Positions 24,524 through 36,189 of a stretch of DNA of 64,000 bases are shown here, in pieces. Origin of the DNA: Lingula anatina (lineage: Eukaryota > Animalia > Brachiopoda); the NCBI GenBank assembly GCA_051362555.1, contig CM120644.1, forward strand, positions 19,676,534-19,740,533. The letters run 5' to 3'. The position numbers were made by a program, and so were the translations under genes. Within the stretch, counting starts at the first letter, position 1. Every line of letters starts with the position of its first letter. Under the pieces are notes generated by a model. It was given only the letters and a program-made list of their open reading frames with translations, was not told the DNA's origin and made no database searches.

Positions 24524-25340
24524 GACCGTGCACTAATAGCGAAATCACCATTTGTTTTGAAGGTATTATTTGTCGCAGTGGCCTCATTGTATGCATAATT
24601 CGTCATTTTAATGTGTCTTTCATGTAATTAAACATGGTGGCAAGTTTGGGTTGCTAGTCATAATAGCATATAACAAAACATTTAACAAAAACATGGAAGC
24701 TTATAATAGATTGAATCACTCGGTACCTCTGATAGAAAAACTTGCTGTAAATATTCACGTGAAGAATGCTAAAGTCATGCTCATGTACAAAACATGAAAT
24801 GTGGCAAGTTTTATGATAAATGGAATGTGAAAAGCCAGAAATGGGGAACCATGGTAACAGGTAATTGCACGGTCTCCTTCCCTTTCTCCACGAAGAAAAA
24901 ATCGCCAGTAATCACCTCTTGTGTTTCTTTTGGGTTTGAGTAGTTTTTGTCTTGTTGACCAGTTACTGTAATTTTCCCACTTTCCTTACATTAAATCACA
25001 AAAGTGCACTTCAAGTAGTTACAACCAACTGGTGTGCCTAATATTATAGCTTAATATAGATACAGATATTAATATTGATCTCTATTTTTTACTGCTGTAA
25101 GGATTTACATGTTCAAGTATCACAAATATTGAAACAGATTTTGCAAAGTTAACATTGTTTTCATTTCTTTCAGTCTGGGAATAGTGCTAGTGTCAGAAGT
25201 CAAAGCTGTCACCAGTAGCCCTCATAATGTAAGTACATTTGAATTTTTTTTTTCACAGTCCAGTCACCAAATTAGCTGGGGCAGCCAGCTAGCACACCAT
25301 GAATTGGAATTTTTTGACAATTGATTTCTTCAATTATTAA

Positions 25341-25515
25341 AGGGATAACAACTATTCCTTTTGATGAAAAAAAAAGAAAAGATTTTACTGGGGCAAACGA
25401 CAATTTCCCCATACTTGTACCATGGTTAATGAATCCATTCCTACATTCATTTCTATGAATTGTTTCGTAGAATTTATTACAAAATATGAATCTTATAAGA
25501 ACAGTTGTTATCCCT
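25341..25515. mobile_element. TTAA-TSD MITE (Kolobok-type)
   Basis: TTAA|AGGGATAACA...TGTTATCCCT|TTAA; internally homologous to 27963-28295. Confidence 0.8.
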
Positions 25516-27962
25516 TTAAGATAAAGTGTGTCCCTTCACAAATCCACTGTTCCCAGTCAGCCACTTGTGGTCATGAAGGTGTCTGGAGATGTCACCAGAA
25601 GACTCCCAACATGGCTTTAACTCCATAGAAATTTCCCCTGGACCCAGTTGATTACAGAGGCACCTGGAAAAAGTGGTGTTCATAGTAGTAACTTGACATT
25701 TGTTTGCCAATGTTCCCTATGTGTATATGCATAATCAACCATATAATAATGATTACATGATTCATGTTCAAGGATGTACTTTCTGAATCCGTGAAAATGG
25801 CCACAGAATGTAATTATATTTCAGCAGGTGCACTAATACTACCAATACCAATTGACAGATTTTCACAGAGATTGCTTTCTAACGTTATCATGGCATTAAG
25901 TCATATGGCACAGTTCATCATGCATATGGGTGGTGCTTGATTTAGAATATTCTTTCTTGCTTTGTTGCATGTTGGATCATGGTGAACCATACTCTTTATT
26001 TACCATGTTTTACAGTCATACGGTAATATGCCAAACAATTCGACCAAGATTAATTAATTAATTTCATGGAAATGTCAGTTTGGTCGAATTGATTAAAATA
26101 CAGCAAATGGAAACCTTTGATATCGTCGGATTGTTAGGGGCATTTGCCAAAACGTCCATCTTTCCGGAAGTATTGCATTTTACCGGAAGTGTTACGCAAG
26201 ATAAGCCGCAATTTTCGTCTAACACGTGTTTCAGGCATGTTTTATCCTCCTTTTGAAATCTTATTTTGCTGTGTACAATATGTGCTAACATAACTTAACA
26301 TTAAAAAAGACGACAATTATAATTTCTATTTATATATTTCCCTCACCTACGATTATTTTCATGATGCGCTTCACAAGTGGGACGAGTATTTCCCCGGAGA
26401 CAGGTGTTGTAAACAAAGGCCGGTCACTTATATTTGAAACCGGTAGCTTTAGTGGACTTAAACTAGTTATGTGATCTACGTACGCCCTATTTGAATTTTA
26501 ATATGACAACTGAAATCGACCGAATTGAAATTTTTTACCAGTCTGAGATCAGTTGTATTCAACCCGCAAGGCTTACTCAGCGTAGACGTACTTACTTCCG
26601 AAGAAAATTCAGTCACCCGTATCAAAGAATACCAACTGGTACTCAAACGGAATTCAGTGTAACTTCAAATTACTTTTAAGTATTTTATTTAAAAAGCATG
26701 TCATATTAAAATATATTGAGAAAAGGCAAAATACCGAGCCTACCTGTGCCGATAGACATACCGGTACAGTATCTTGCTGGCACTCTTCCGATTTTCTTAC
26801 TTATATACTAGTACTCTCGCTGTGCACAAACCACGGTGTATATTGAAAACCCCAATGATACAACGTAAAAAAGCATTTAATCGCCATAATTTTCACAAAA
26901 CAGGTGCATTTATAATATGACGTGAGAATTGAGCACATGCAGAAATGAGAGACTAGTTTTATCTGGTCTGCTCCAGCATAGCGCAAACCACATGTTAATG
27001 AAGACGGTCCCATTTTGGGGGAGGGGGTCACAGGAATGGAGTACTTCGTGGATTACGTTAAATATTATCAACATTTCATGCATCTGGGGAAATAAAAATT
27101 GACTCACAGGTAACGTAAATACCCAGTGGAACTCTCTATGAAGCTCCCATGGAGTTAAGGAAGACGTCATTTTTATTGTTGACAAATCAGTTATCCATGT
27201 AGGTGAACAGCTACACGTGTTCGTCAGATTTTGACAGCGCGTGGTATTTGGCGCCAAGAAGTCTGGGCGGTCGATCCCGCTGATCTGTCGGGCGATTGTA
27301 GTAAATGTAAGATCTTGCGGTGTTGAAGAACATTTCCCCATCTGCATATACTGTATATTACAACTGAACTTGAAAATAAATTGCATATATCCTTCCCAAA
27401 CTTTTTAATGCTAGCAAACGCTATATATGGTCTATATGAAGGTGTTTACGACGTATTCTACCCACTGTCGATATTTAGTTTCATCCAGAATAGACCTTTT
27501 TTAACCCCCCCCCTCCCCCAGATACGGGCGTGATGAATCACTCAGCGAGGGCAAGTCTGCTTAATTTGCACAAATTGTATGTCTTTGAGCACTGTTCGGG
27601 GACAAAGGAAATGACAGGTACGTCATGCTTCCAGATTAGATCTTCAATTATTTCTTCTTCATTGACGAGAGCTATTGAAAGGACAACAATTGACAAAAGG
27701 CCGAGGCATGCAGCATCTATTTCACTGGCTTGAAAATTTACCGGGACTTGCCGACGATGTGGTCGAACAATCGGAACAAGAAAAAAATTCTGTCGCATGA
27801 TTTTGACGTATGGACTAAATGTTTGAGCCCAGAAAAATTAATTTTATAAAATAATTTTTGTGGTCGGATTGACTGGGCCGGTCGAAATGCCTGGCACATT
27901 ACTGTATATGATTGCAGAGGATATTTGAGTTGTTTGCTGGAGTTTTTGTAATGATAGTTTAA

Positions 27963-28295
27963 AGGGATAATAACTTCCTTTCAGCCAAAAAATTAATTTT
28001 CCTGGAGCAAACAACAATTTTCCCATACTTAACAATGTTTAATGAATCCATTTTTACATTCAAAGTTAGTCCCCTTTTTTTTCTAAAAAGTTTGTTTTTT
28101 GTAAAAATCTCTTAAGAGATTTTAACAGAGTATAGCCATCAGTGGAGGTCACATGGTCTAAAGACAAGCTCAGATATCAGAATAATAGCTATAACTGCCG
28201 TTTTTATGGTAAAACAGTATATATTATATTTCTATGAGTTCTTAACAATGTTTTTATTGTGAAATATAGATCTCATACGAAGAGTTATTATCCCT
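27963..28295. mobile_element. TTAA-TSD MITE (Kolobok-type), longer copy
   Basis: TTAA|AGGGATAATAA...TTATTATCCCT|TTAA; shares CCCATACTT...TTAATGAATCCATT with 25341-25515. A third end occurs at ~57768. Confidence 0.8.
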
Positions 28296-28689
28296 TTAAG
28301 GGAAAAAAACAAGGAACAGGATACATTCTATCCTTGCAAACACTATAAATATGTATAGTGTGACTGCCCACAGCTTATGCATATATATGTATACATTTTA
28401 AAATTTCTTATCCTCTAACATAGGTATATGATATAAGTTTTGACCAAAAGACGCATACAGGGAATGTGGCAGGATATGTAGGTCTACCTAGTGTTGTGTC
28501 CTTTACATGTGTGCCTGACTTCTTCCATTTGGATTTTAAAAGGGTGTTAATAGATAAGGCTGAACAGGGTACCCTGAATCCCCTAGTAGGTAACTCTGGG
28601 ACATTTGGCCTTCATTGAACTTCTGCTGGATATTGGATGAGGTTCAAACAAAGGAGTCATGACCACTTTGCCACCCCATTGGTGAATCT

Positions 28690-28945
28690 GAAATGTTAAC
28701 TTGTGCTTCCATCTTTCTGAAAAAGTGTTTTTCCCATTTGGGAATAAAGTTGGGAAAGACTGTGCTTCCTTGTTGAATGAAGATTCAGGATGTTGATTTT
28801 CTGATGGAGCAAAACATAATATTCTGTCTTTGTACTTATCTAATATATACTGCAACAAATCTGGTTGCAAGCATGTTACAAGGAGTGCACTTGCTTTTGT
28901 AACTTCATCTTCAATATTATCATCAATATTATCTGAAAAATGCAC
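28690..28945 (-). pseudogene. Helitron/Helentron RepHel fragment
   Basis: TCLQPDLLQYILD...ILCFAPSENQHP...EAQSFPTLFPNGKNTF matches the conserved pre-Rep block (xAPxE...E...FPxLFPxG) of Helentron-type proteins. Confidence 0.75.
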
Positions 28946-28999
28946 TTTTTACTTCAAAGTATTTTCACTATTATTACCTTTATTACTGGCAACTACGCA

Positions 29000-29540
29000 C
29001 CGAGGTCTAGTGCCCATTCTCTTCTGGATATGGCCTGTGCATTCTCCTTAAGTAATCTCAATGTCCGGACCATAGGGCTGCTGTTGCTGGACCCTCCAGA
29101 AGGCTGAGCTGTCCCCATCCCCTACAAATGGATTGTATCGTAATCCATAAAGTTCCATGGAACGACTGTATAAAACAGACGCACCCTCAGCTTCCATGGC
29201 CTGGGCTGAGCCTTCGTGGTTGTGGTGGCACTCCTCTAAGTGTTTCAGTTGAAAGTCAACCTCTTCTGCCGTGGTTTGGAGCAGCTTTAGAAAATTGTCA
29301 CATGTCCGACACATGGTACACATATAGTGAACGTCCAGAATTTCTCTCGTATCCAAATTGCAGCTACAAATCCATGTTTAGACAAGTTTCTGGTTTGCCA
29401 GGAACCGTCGATGGTAACCCCATAGTCCACAATTTCCCCTGGATCGACATTGCTCCCTGGGAAGACCTGCTTCACAGGAAGCGCGGTGCCATCCATGCTT
29501 TCCTGAGCTCTCTCCCTGGCAGGGTTGCCTAAGGCCTGGG
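29000..29540 (-). pseudogene. GDGD-type DDE transposase fragment (Kolobok / 'Mutator-like' family)
   Basis: VTIDGSWQTR...HGFV / ILDVHYMCTMCRTC...CHHNHEGSAQAMEAEGA...RS...GLRYNPFVGDGDSSAF...PYG...ECTGHIQKRMG, with a frameshift and a stop. Confidence 0.8.
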
Positions 29541-29699
29541 TGTGGAGACACCAACTGTTGTTTGCCACTGGAGCTGGCATGGAGAGGTACACTGAAATCT
29601 TCTCAGCAGAAGTGTTCCCCCTTGCAATAGATGAGGTGCAGCATTCCTAGTACACTTGCCCTGTTGACTTCGAAATACCTCCCTATCTTTCGTGACATA

Positions 29700-29960
29700 G
29701 AATTCCAGCCAAAATATGTTTAACCTGGCCTCATTGACATTACTAGCTTCCTTCTGTCTATAAAGATTGCAGACAAATTGTTCCATCACTTTTGATTTTC
29801 TTTCTGCAACTGCGAAGACTGCTCAAAGACAGGAGAAAGCCTCTATGAAGTCACTATTGCCAAAATTCATGTATATATCAAAAGCTTTCTTCTCTCCTTT
29901 CCCCAAAAAAAGGGGTTGCAGATTGTTAGAACCACTGGAAGTTTTGGTACGCCAAGCATC
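29700..29960 (-). pseudogene. AcademX XPG-like C-terminal fragment
   Basis: SG...FFGKGEKKAF...MEQFVCNLY...NVNEARLNIF. Confidence 0.65.
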
Positions 29961-30429
29961 GAATATTTGAATTCACTAAATGAGAATAGAATTAATGATT
30001 TTTTTTTAAAGTGTGTGGATGTTTCGTTGTAACTTTGCCTGCCTTAAACATAGCCAGCCATCCTGTGTTTTTCAGCAGTTCCTCCAGTTAGTCCATGTAT
30101 TGAATCTTTGTAGGAAAGTGTGGGTAGTCCTGCCAAAGATTTTGTCTATTCTCTTCTGATACTGGACTGAGCTGGGAGGTCCACAGCTGGCTTCTCCCAG
30201 ACTCAACCATCTGGATCTGTCACAACATTTCTTGCTGGGTCTGCTTGATACACCTAACTGTAAATCTGTAAATTTAAAAAAATATATATAAGTACAAAAG
30301 AAGGTTTTACATGTAGTTTCAAGTCTTTGTTGAATACAATCAGTCCTAAACAAACATATGCATCAAAAAATAAAGAATAATTGTTGACAATGTATTTTTT
30401 TCTTCCAACACAATGTTTCAGGCACCAAA

Positions 30430-30530
30430 CAAATTTTGTACACACCAGTCACAGCCGAGTTGTCCATTGTATTGTTTGCAGTTCCTTATCAAAGCCCGTG
30501 CAGATGAATGGAAATACGTTGAACCCCTTG
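30430..30530 (-). pseudogene. CACTA/EnSpm transposase fragment
   Basis: SSARALIRNCKQYNGQLGCDWC matches the DxxARA..N.KQ(F/Y)NGxxGCxxC motif. Confidence 0.65.
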
Positions 30531-30639
30531 AAAATGAATGCATGAAGTGAATAATGAAAAAACTCAAACCTTAATAGATAAAATCACCGAATATTGTACC
30601 AAATATCTTTTGGCATACTAAATCAAAATGAAGTTATAA

Positions 30640-32100
30640 TAGCTTGATCTTTGGAGAATTTACCCATTTGACAAAAAAAAAGTGGAATTCCAGGATCCCT
30701 GCTGATTGAGTGTTTTGTTGTATAATGAAGTTTCTGATATTAAAAAATTTAAATATGGCTGCCTTGCCAAACTTGCCCACCTGTATGGCAACTATGTGGT
30801 GATCAATGGGCATACAAGAATTATCTCTGAACACCCAGCTCAGCATGGCATGGCTTGTTGGCCTCTTCACTGTACATTGCAATCAGACACAACAAAACAG
30901 TAACCTGATTTGACAGCACTGAAGTCAAAAAGACCTACTTGGATTTAGGCTATTTGCAACCTTACATCTTTGATCTTTCAAAAGAGAACATTCAGTTTCT
31001 GTTTTATCTTATAGGTCTTGGGGGGGCATTTCACTTTCTTTTTGGCATATCTTGCTTTCTTCTCACTTGTGGACTCTTTCAGGGAGTCAGGAAGACGTGT
31101 TCTATACTACATATTATGTTCAGTTGCCTATCCAAACAAGGGAAGAAAATATTGTCAGCATAATCATCCATTGTGTTTACACTGGCAGGAAGACTGTGGA
31201 CAATGGTTGCACCATGTAGCACCTCACAGTCATGTGTTGGTGGTTGATCTGGTTGTTCACATGGCTCGGGGCTTTCAAATATCTGAAAGTGAAGGAGGGA
31301 ATGACAGGTCCACCTAAAGGACAGGAATTTCCTAGAAGTTACAAAGTTTTGCTTTGAGATGTATAATTGACCATATAGTCATGTTATTCTGTACAAATTT
31401 AAGTCTGTAATTTTTCTCAGGATTGATCTTTCTGTTGGCTTTTCTGGAGAGAGCTGAGGAATTCTTCTTGGTAGCAATATGAATAGACACAATGCATCCA
31501 TGGAAGAGACTATCTAAAGAAACTGCTGGTATTGTTTCTAGCATGTCCATATGAAAATGCTGGGTTCTCAGTCAAATCTTAAGTTTGACTTGTACTTATC
31601 TTTTACCATATTGTTCTCCTGCTCATGACCCTGATTGAATGGGATGGCTGAAAACAATTGGCTGTTTCAGAAATCACGCAGTTTGAAGCATTTTCCAGTC
31701 CTGCACAGCAGAGACTTAAGGACAGACACCTGCCTGGCCTAGTAAACATGGGCCAAGGCAAAGAAAAGGTGCTGCTTGATCCAATGCTTCAACATGAAAG
31801 GTATATTTTCTCTCCTTAAGGGCTCTGCTACACAGTGGAATGTCATCATAATATGTCATGATCTGATCTTAGAACATGAATGTTGACCAGATTCTAATGT
31901 AGCAATTAAGTCTTTTCTGCAAGTGTGGATGGGATTTTCATCATTTGAACCTCTATTAAGCTGAGAGATTACACAGGGTTAAGTGCAAGATTATGAGCAT
32001 CATGTACTTGTTTTGAACCAGTGTGAGGACTTCATAGAAAGAAGAGATCTCTTCAGTCTCAGTCTTCTAAGAGATGACACCAAGGGTCTTTTGGATTGAA
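30640..32100 (-). pseudogene. Decayed AcademX transposase
   Basis: Ordered motifs across frameshifts: SAIPFNQGHEQEN..VK...LTENP; IH...KKNS; SFPPSLSD; VLHGATIVHSLP...TMDDYADNIFFP; DSLKES; EEAN; IDHHIVAI. Confidence 0.7.
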
Positions 32101-33158
32101 ATTTTTGTCCAATCTTCTCCCCCCCCCCCCCCCTCCCCCAGTATTAGAATGCTTCCCTTCATCGTTCATTAATTACTATAATTGCACTCGCTGCACTTGG
32201 GCAAATAGTGACTGATCAAATATGGTTACTGTTACTGGGATTTGGCCTGGATTCAGATATTCAACTGTTTGGCCAAAAACATCCATGTCATGCTTAATTT
32301 GATTGCCTTTATTGTGAATTCTAAAACCATCAGATAATTGATTTTGACTTTATTTGTATAATGTTTATATTTACATGCAGAATATGATTGAAAATGTGCA
32401 TTTGTCATGAAAAAAAATCACTGCAGCAGTAAAAGAGGTAACAAAAATAAATAAATAGCTCCCATTTAACTACAAAATTTCTTACTGGCTGTATGTGTTT
32501 ATAAAGTAGGTTTGTTTCAAAAATCAGCCTGGTTGGATCATTATTACATAAATTCTTGATTACTTTTTTGCATTTTTTCAAGCGTCATATCTTTTGGTAT
32601 AAGTGTATGCCCCAAAAATGCAAAGCTATTTTTGTTTTTACTTAAAATTTGCTGGCTGGCTATATGTTGATAAGGCAGCTTCATATCGATAATCAGCATG
32701 ATGAATTATTTATGTGAAAGTTCCAATTGCTTTATCGTCTTTCAGACATGTTGTTTTTTCCACGGATCCATTTAATTCTGCATTTTTTATGTGATCTCAG
32801 AGCATCTAAGATAAAAAAAATGGGTTAGTTTTTTTACCCCATGATAACTGTTCAGAGGTTATTTTTTAAGACCTCAGCTCACTTTTTACTTTAAATTTGC
32901 TGAGTCACCTTATTTGTTATTATGGCAGGTTCAGTTTGAAAATCAACACGATTGAATATCCTGACAAAAATCTTTTCAGAGGTTTTTATGTATATATGTC
33001 AGATAGACTAATAATCTGACTTTCAATTTGACCTTGACTTCTGTAACCTGGTACAATCATTAAAAAGTATATAGGATAGACAATTGCCAAAGACATCAAA
33101 AGTAAGTTTCTTTATGGAGAAGTATCTGAGATGTGTATATTTTTCATACCATAAATTG

Positions 33159-33325
33159 CAGGCCCGTAGCCAGCAATTTCAAAAGGGGGGTTCTTTTTCT
33201 GAAAAAGTGGACCTTTTTCAATAAAAAATTCATGAACCTAGATCAAATTTTACCCAGAGTGGACCTTTTCTCAGCAAAAGGGCGGTTCTTTCAAACCCTC
33301 CGAACCCCCCCTGGCTACGGGCCTG
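33159..33325. mobile_element. hAT-like MITE
   Basis: TIR CAGGCCCGTAGCCAG / CTGGCTACGGGCCTG; flanks AATTG / CATTG. Confidence 0.8.
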
Positions 33326-35164
33326 CATTGGTGACAATCTTGAACTATTTGCCCAAATAGGGTTATTCTCCAGAGGGTTAGGAGGCTAGTATGATTTAGT
33401 ATGTCAAAAGGTATCTATATATATGTACACCTGCAAAATTTGGTGTTTTTGTCTATCTAGCTGCCAATTATAGATGATGCTCTTAAAAATCTATCATGTG
33501 CTGAGATTGTGACTGGTTGTGATTGCATTGTGTCCTGTGCGCACTACTGTCACAATCTATGAAAGCAGGGCAAAGTGTTTCTTATTCATTTCAGTACTGT
33601 TTACAAATATTAGTAATTTATGAAGATTAATTAAAAGTGTAAAGTAGCCATAGAAATTTGAAGTCAATAATGATATTTTTTTATTTATCAAAGGGGCTAG
33701 TAAGAGAACACGTATCAGTATAAATTCATGGTAATCTCTAGTAATCTCAAAGTATCTTATTGTTTCGTAACTTTTTGTCAAATTTGCCATTTTTGAGTAC
33801 AACTTTTTGGGGAACCAGCTATATTGTTCTATAGTACTGTTAAGATAATATGGACATGCAGTCATCCTTTTAGATTTTAGAGTCATCAAAATTACTTTAT
33901 AAACTGTCCTTTGAGAAGTCAGTCCATCAATTCTGCAGGTATGTTAAGTTGGATGTTGTCTATGTCCCAGATATTATAATGGACATGGAGATTTTCCATT
34001 TATAAAGCACCTTCAGTTTGTCTTTTAGCCAAACTGTGTGAACTGACAGTGTATTAATAAAATGCTTTGTTAATATTCTTATGCTGGCTTATATTTGGCT
34101 TTCTGCCTTTCTTTTCTGAAGTATGCCTGCTCATCCCAAGCGCTAAGTTGTTTTCTTAATTTTTTTTTTGTACAAAATTGGAGCAAACTTGCATGAGCAG
34201 ATGGTCTTTTGGAAAGAACAGTCTGTTACTTGTGTGAACTATTTACTTGAACAGGTTATTGTGTCGTTCTGCTAGCTAAATTCATAATCTTGGCAGATGT
34301 TGGGAAATCTGACATAACATTGGAGGTTACTTTGCCTGGTGTTTCAGATATGCCTCCAATGAGGTGCAGATTGTCAAAGTTCCTTAATGTTATCAATAAC
34401 ACAAACACTCCCTAAGTGCAACCTCTACCCATGTTTTAATTAGCTTTAATAAATCATTAATTGATTTTATTTTATTAAACTATTTAACAGCAGATAATAT
34501 TCATTTAATTTTCATGTAACCCTGCTAACAAAAACACATTTTAATTAGCTTTAATTGAGCATGAATTGAAATTTATTAAATGGCTAATATCATTAAAGAA
34601 TTCTGGTCACGTTTAAATCCATTTCTCGAAATTTGTAAATTCAACAATCAATCCATACACTATAGATATGTTTGAATCAACACCTACCTTTTAAATAGTA
34701 TAAAAACCTTCTATTAGTAGAAAAACCATTTTAGTAAACCTCACCTCAATATGCAAAAATGAAGCAACAGATCTGGGTAACGTGATAGTAAGACAATATA
34801 GATGATAAAGGAGAAGGGCCTGAAGATTTAAGATTCCAGGATCAAGGAATTGCATAAAAATAAGTATGAACTGAGTAAACAAGTTTTTGGTACACATATT
34901 AAATAATTTAACAGAAAACAAGTAAAAACCCTGTCAGTACAATATAATTTATTACACACTGTGTTGATCCCTGAAAATGAATGCTCAAATTGTTATCTGA
35001 ATATTGGGATTGTAATCAATGATAGTGTGGATTGTACGAAGGACAGCAGAAACAATGGAAGCAGGTGAGGTCACTTCTGTGCTGATGTCATTTTCTCCCA
35101 GTTGACAAAAAACTATATCTAAGTTTGCTGCCTAAATAGTTATGAGTTGTCTGTCAAATTCTAA

Positions 35165-35400
35165 TTAAGAAATTCCAAAATAATTACTCATAAAAGATTC
35201 ATCAAATGCTTCATTTAAGACTTCCATTTGAGGGTTATCAAGAGGGAGATACAAACATTTAAGCACGTTCTGCTTGTTGGCATTATTTGTGCTGAAAATT
35301 CTATTCAAGGCGCCAAAGTGAAACTTATTTCTCCTGGATCCCGTGATGAATGCTAGGACATCCTCTAGCATTACTGTCCTTTCATCCGCTGTCTTCTGGC
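35165..35400 (-). pseudogene. HECT (G2E3-like) C-lobe remnant
   Basis: LEDVLAFITG...LYLPL...AFDESF...YFGIS* resembles the HECT C-terminus (L..F.TG...L.LP...FG). Confidence 0.55.
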
Positions 35401-35719
35401 GTCCTGCTGAAACAATGAGACTTGCATAACCAGAAAGACATTGATTTCCAATTATGTTTAGAAGAGGCCTTATATTGGGATGTTTTTAATTGTCTTTCTG
35501 TACAAGAACACAATTTAAGTAGTGTAATGACTGAAGTGATTACAAGATCTAGAAGTTTTAATGATTTTCTGTATTGACAAAAAATTAACATCCCAATTGT
35601 TATCAAACTATAAACAAAGGTACTTTCTCCTACCATTCAGTATTTTCTAGGTGTGGATCCTCCCACTCGTCAGCTGAAAAATCTCCTTCAAACCTCCGAT
35701 TCCTCAAATGCTGACTTTC

Positions 35720-36030
35720 GAGGGAGGGAGGGGGGGAGGTCTTTGTCCAGTTGATACCATTTTTTACTCCCAAAAAATTCTTTGTTCAAGCAAATCTTGC
35801 ACCATTTTCAGCGCCGATGCTTCTGATGTTAGCAAACATTATAATTACTCCCTCAACCTGGTTTTGAGGAAGTTTTTGAGGACCCAGATTTGGGTGGATA
35901 TCACCTGAAATTAGGAGCAAAAGACATATATTAGTTTTATAGAACAGACCAGGAGTTGTGGGTAATATAAGCAAAGAGGATGGAACATGGGTACCGGTAA
36001 GATCTGGCATACTTATTGACATCTTCACAC
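35720..36030 (-). pseudogene. 5' fragment of CR1/L2-group LINE ORF2 with a 2A-like motif
   Basis: LLLLISGDIHPNLGP followed by the APE start IMFANIRSI. Confidence 0.7.
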
Positions 36031-36189
36031 CTCCTCTCAGACCACAGCCTCCTTAGATGGCCTTTCACTGGCTTGTTCAAGGGGCTAGGTCTTAGAGGTG
36101 CAAACTCCTGGGATGATGGCTGGCTTTGCTGACACTCACTTAACACCCAAACCCAATACAGAGGTGCAAACGATGTCACAGGCATGTTC

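Noticed and set aside
26910-27798. 158-aa and 86-aa minus-strand ORFs
   Set aside because: No recognisable domain; resemblance of the 86-aa ORF to a hAT dimerisation region is too weak.
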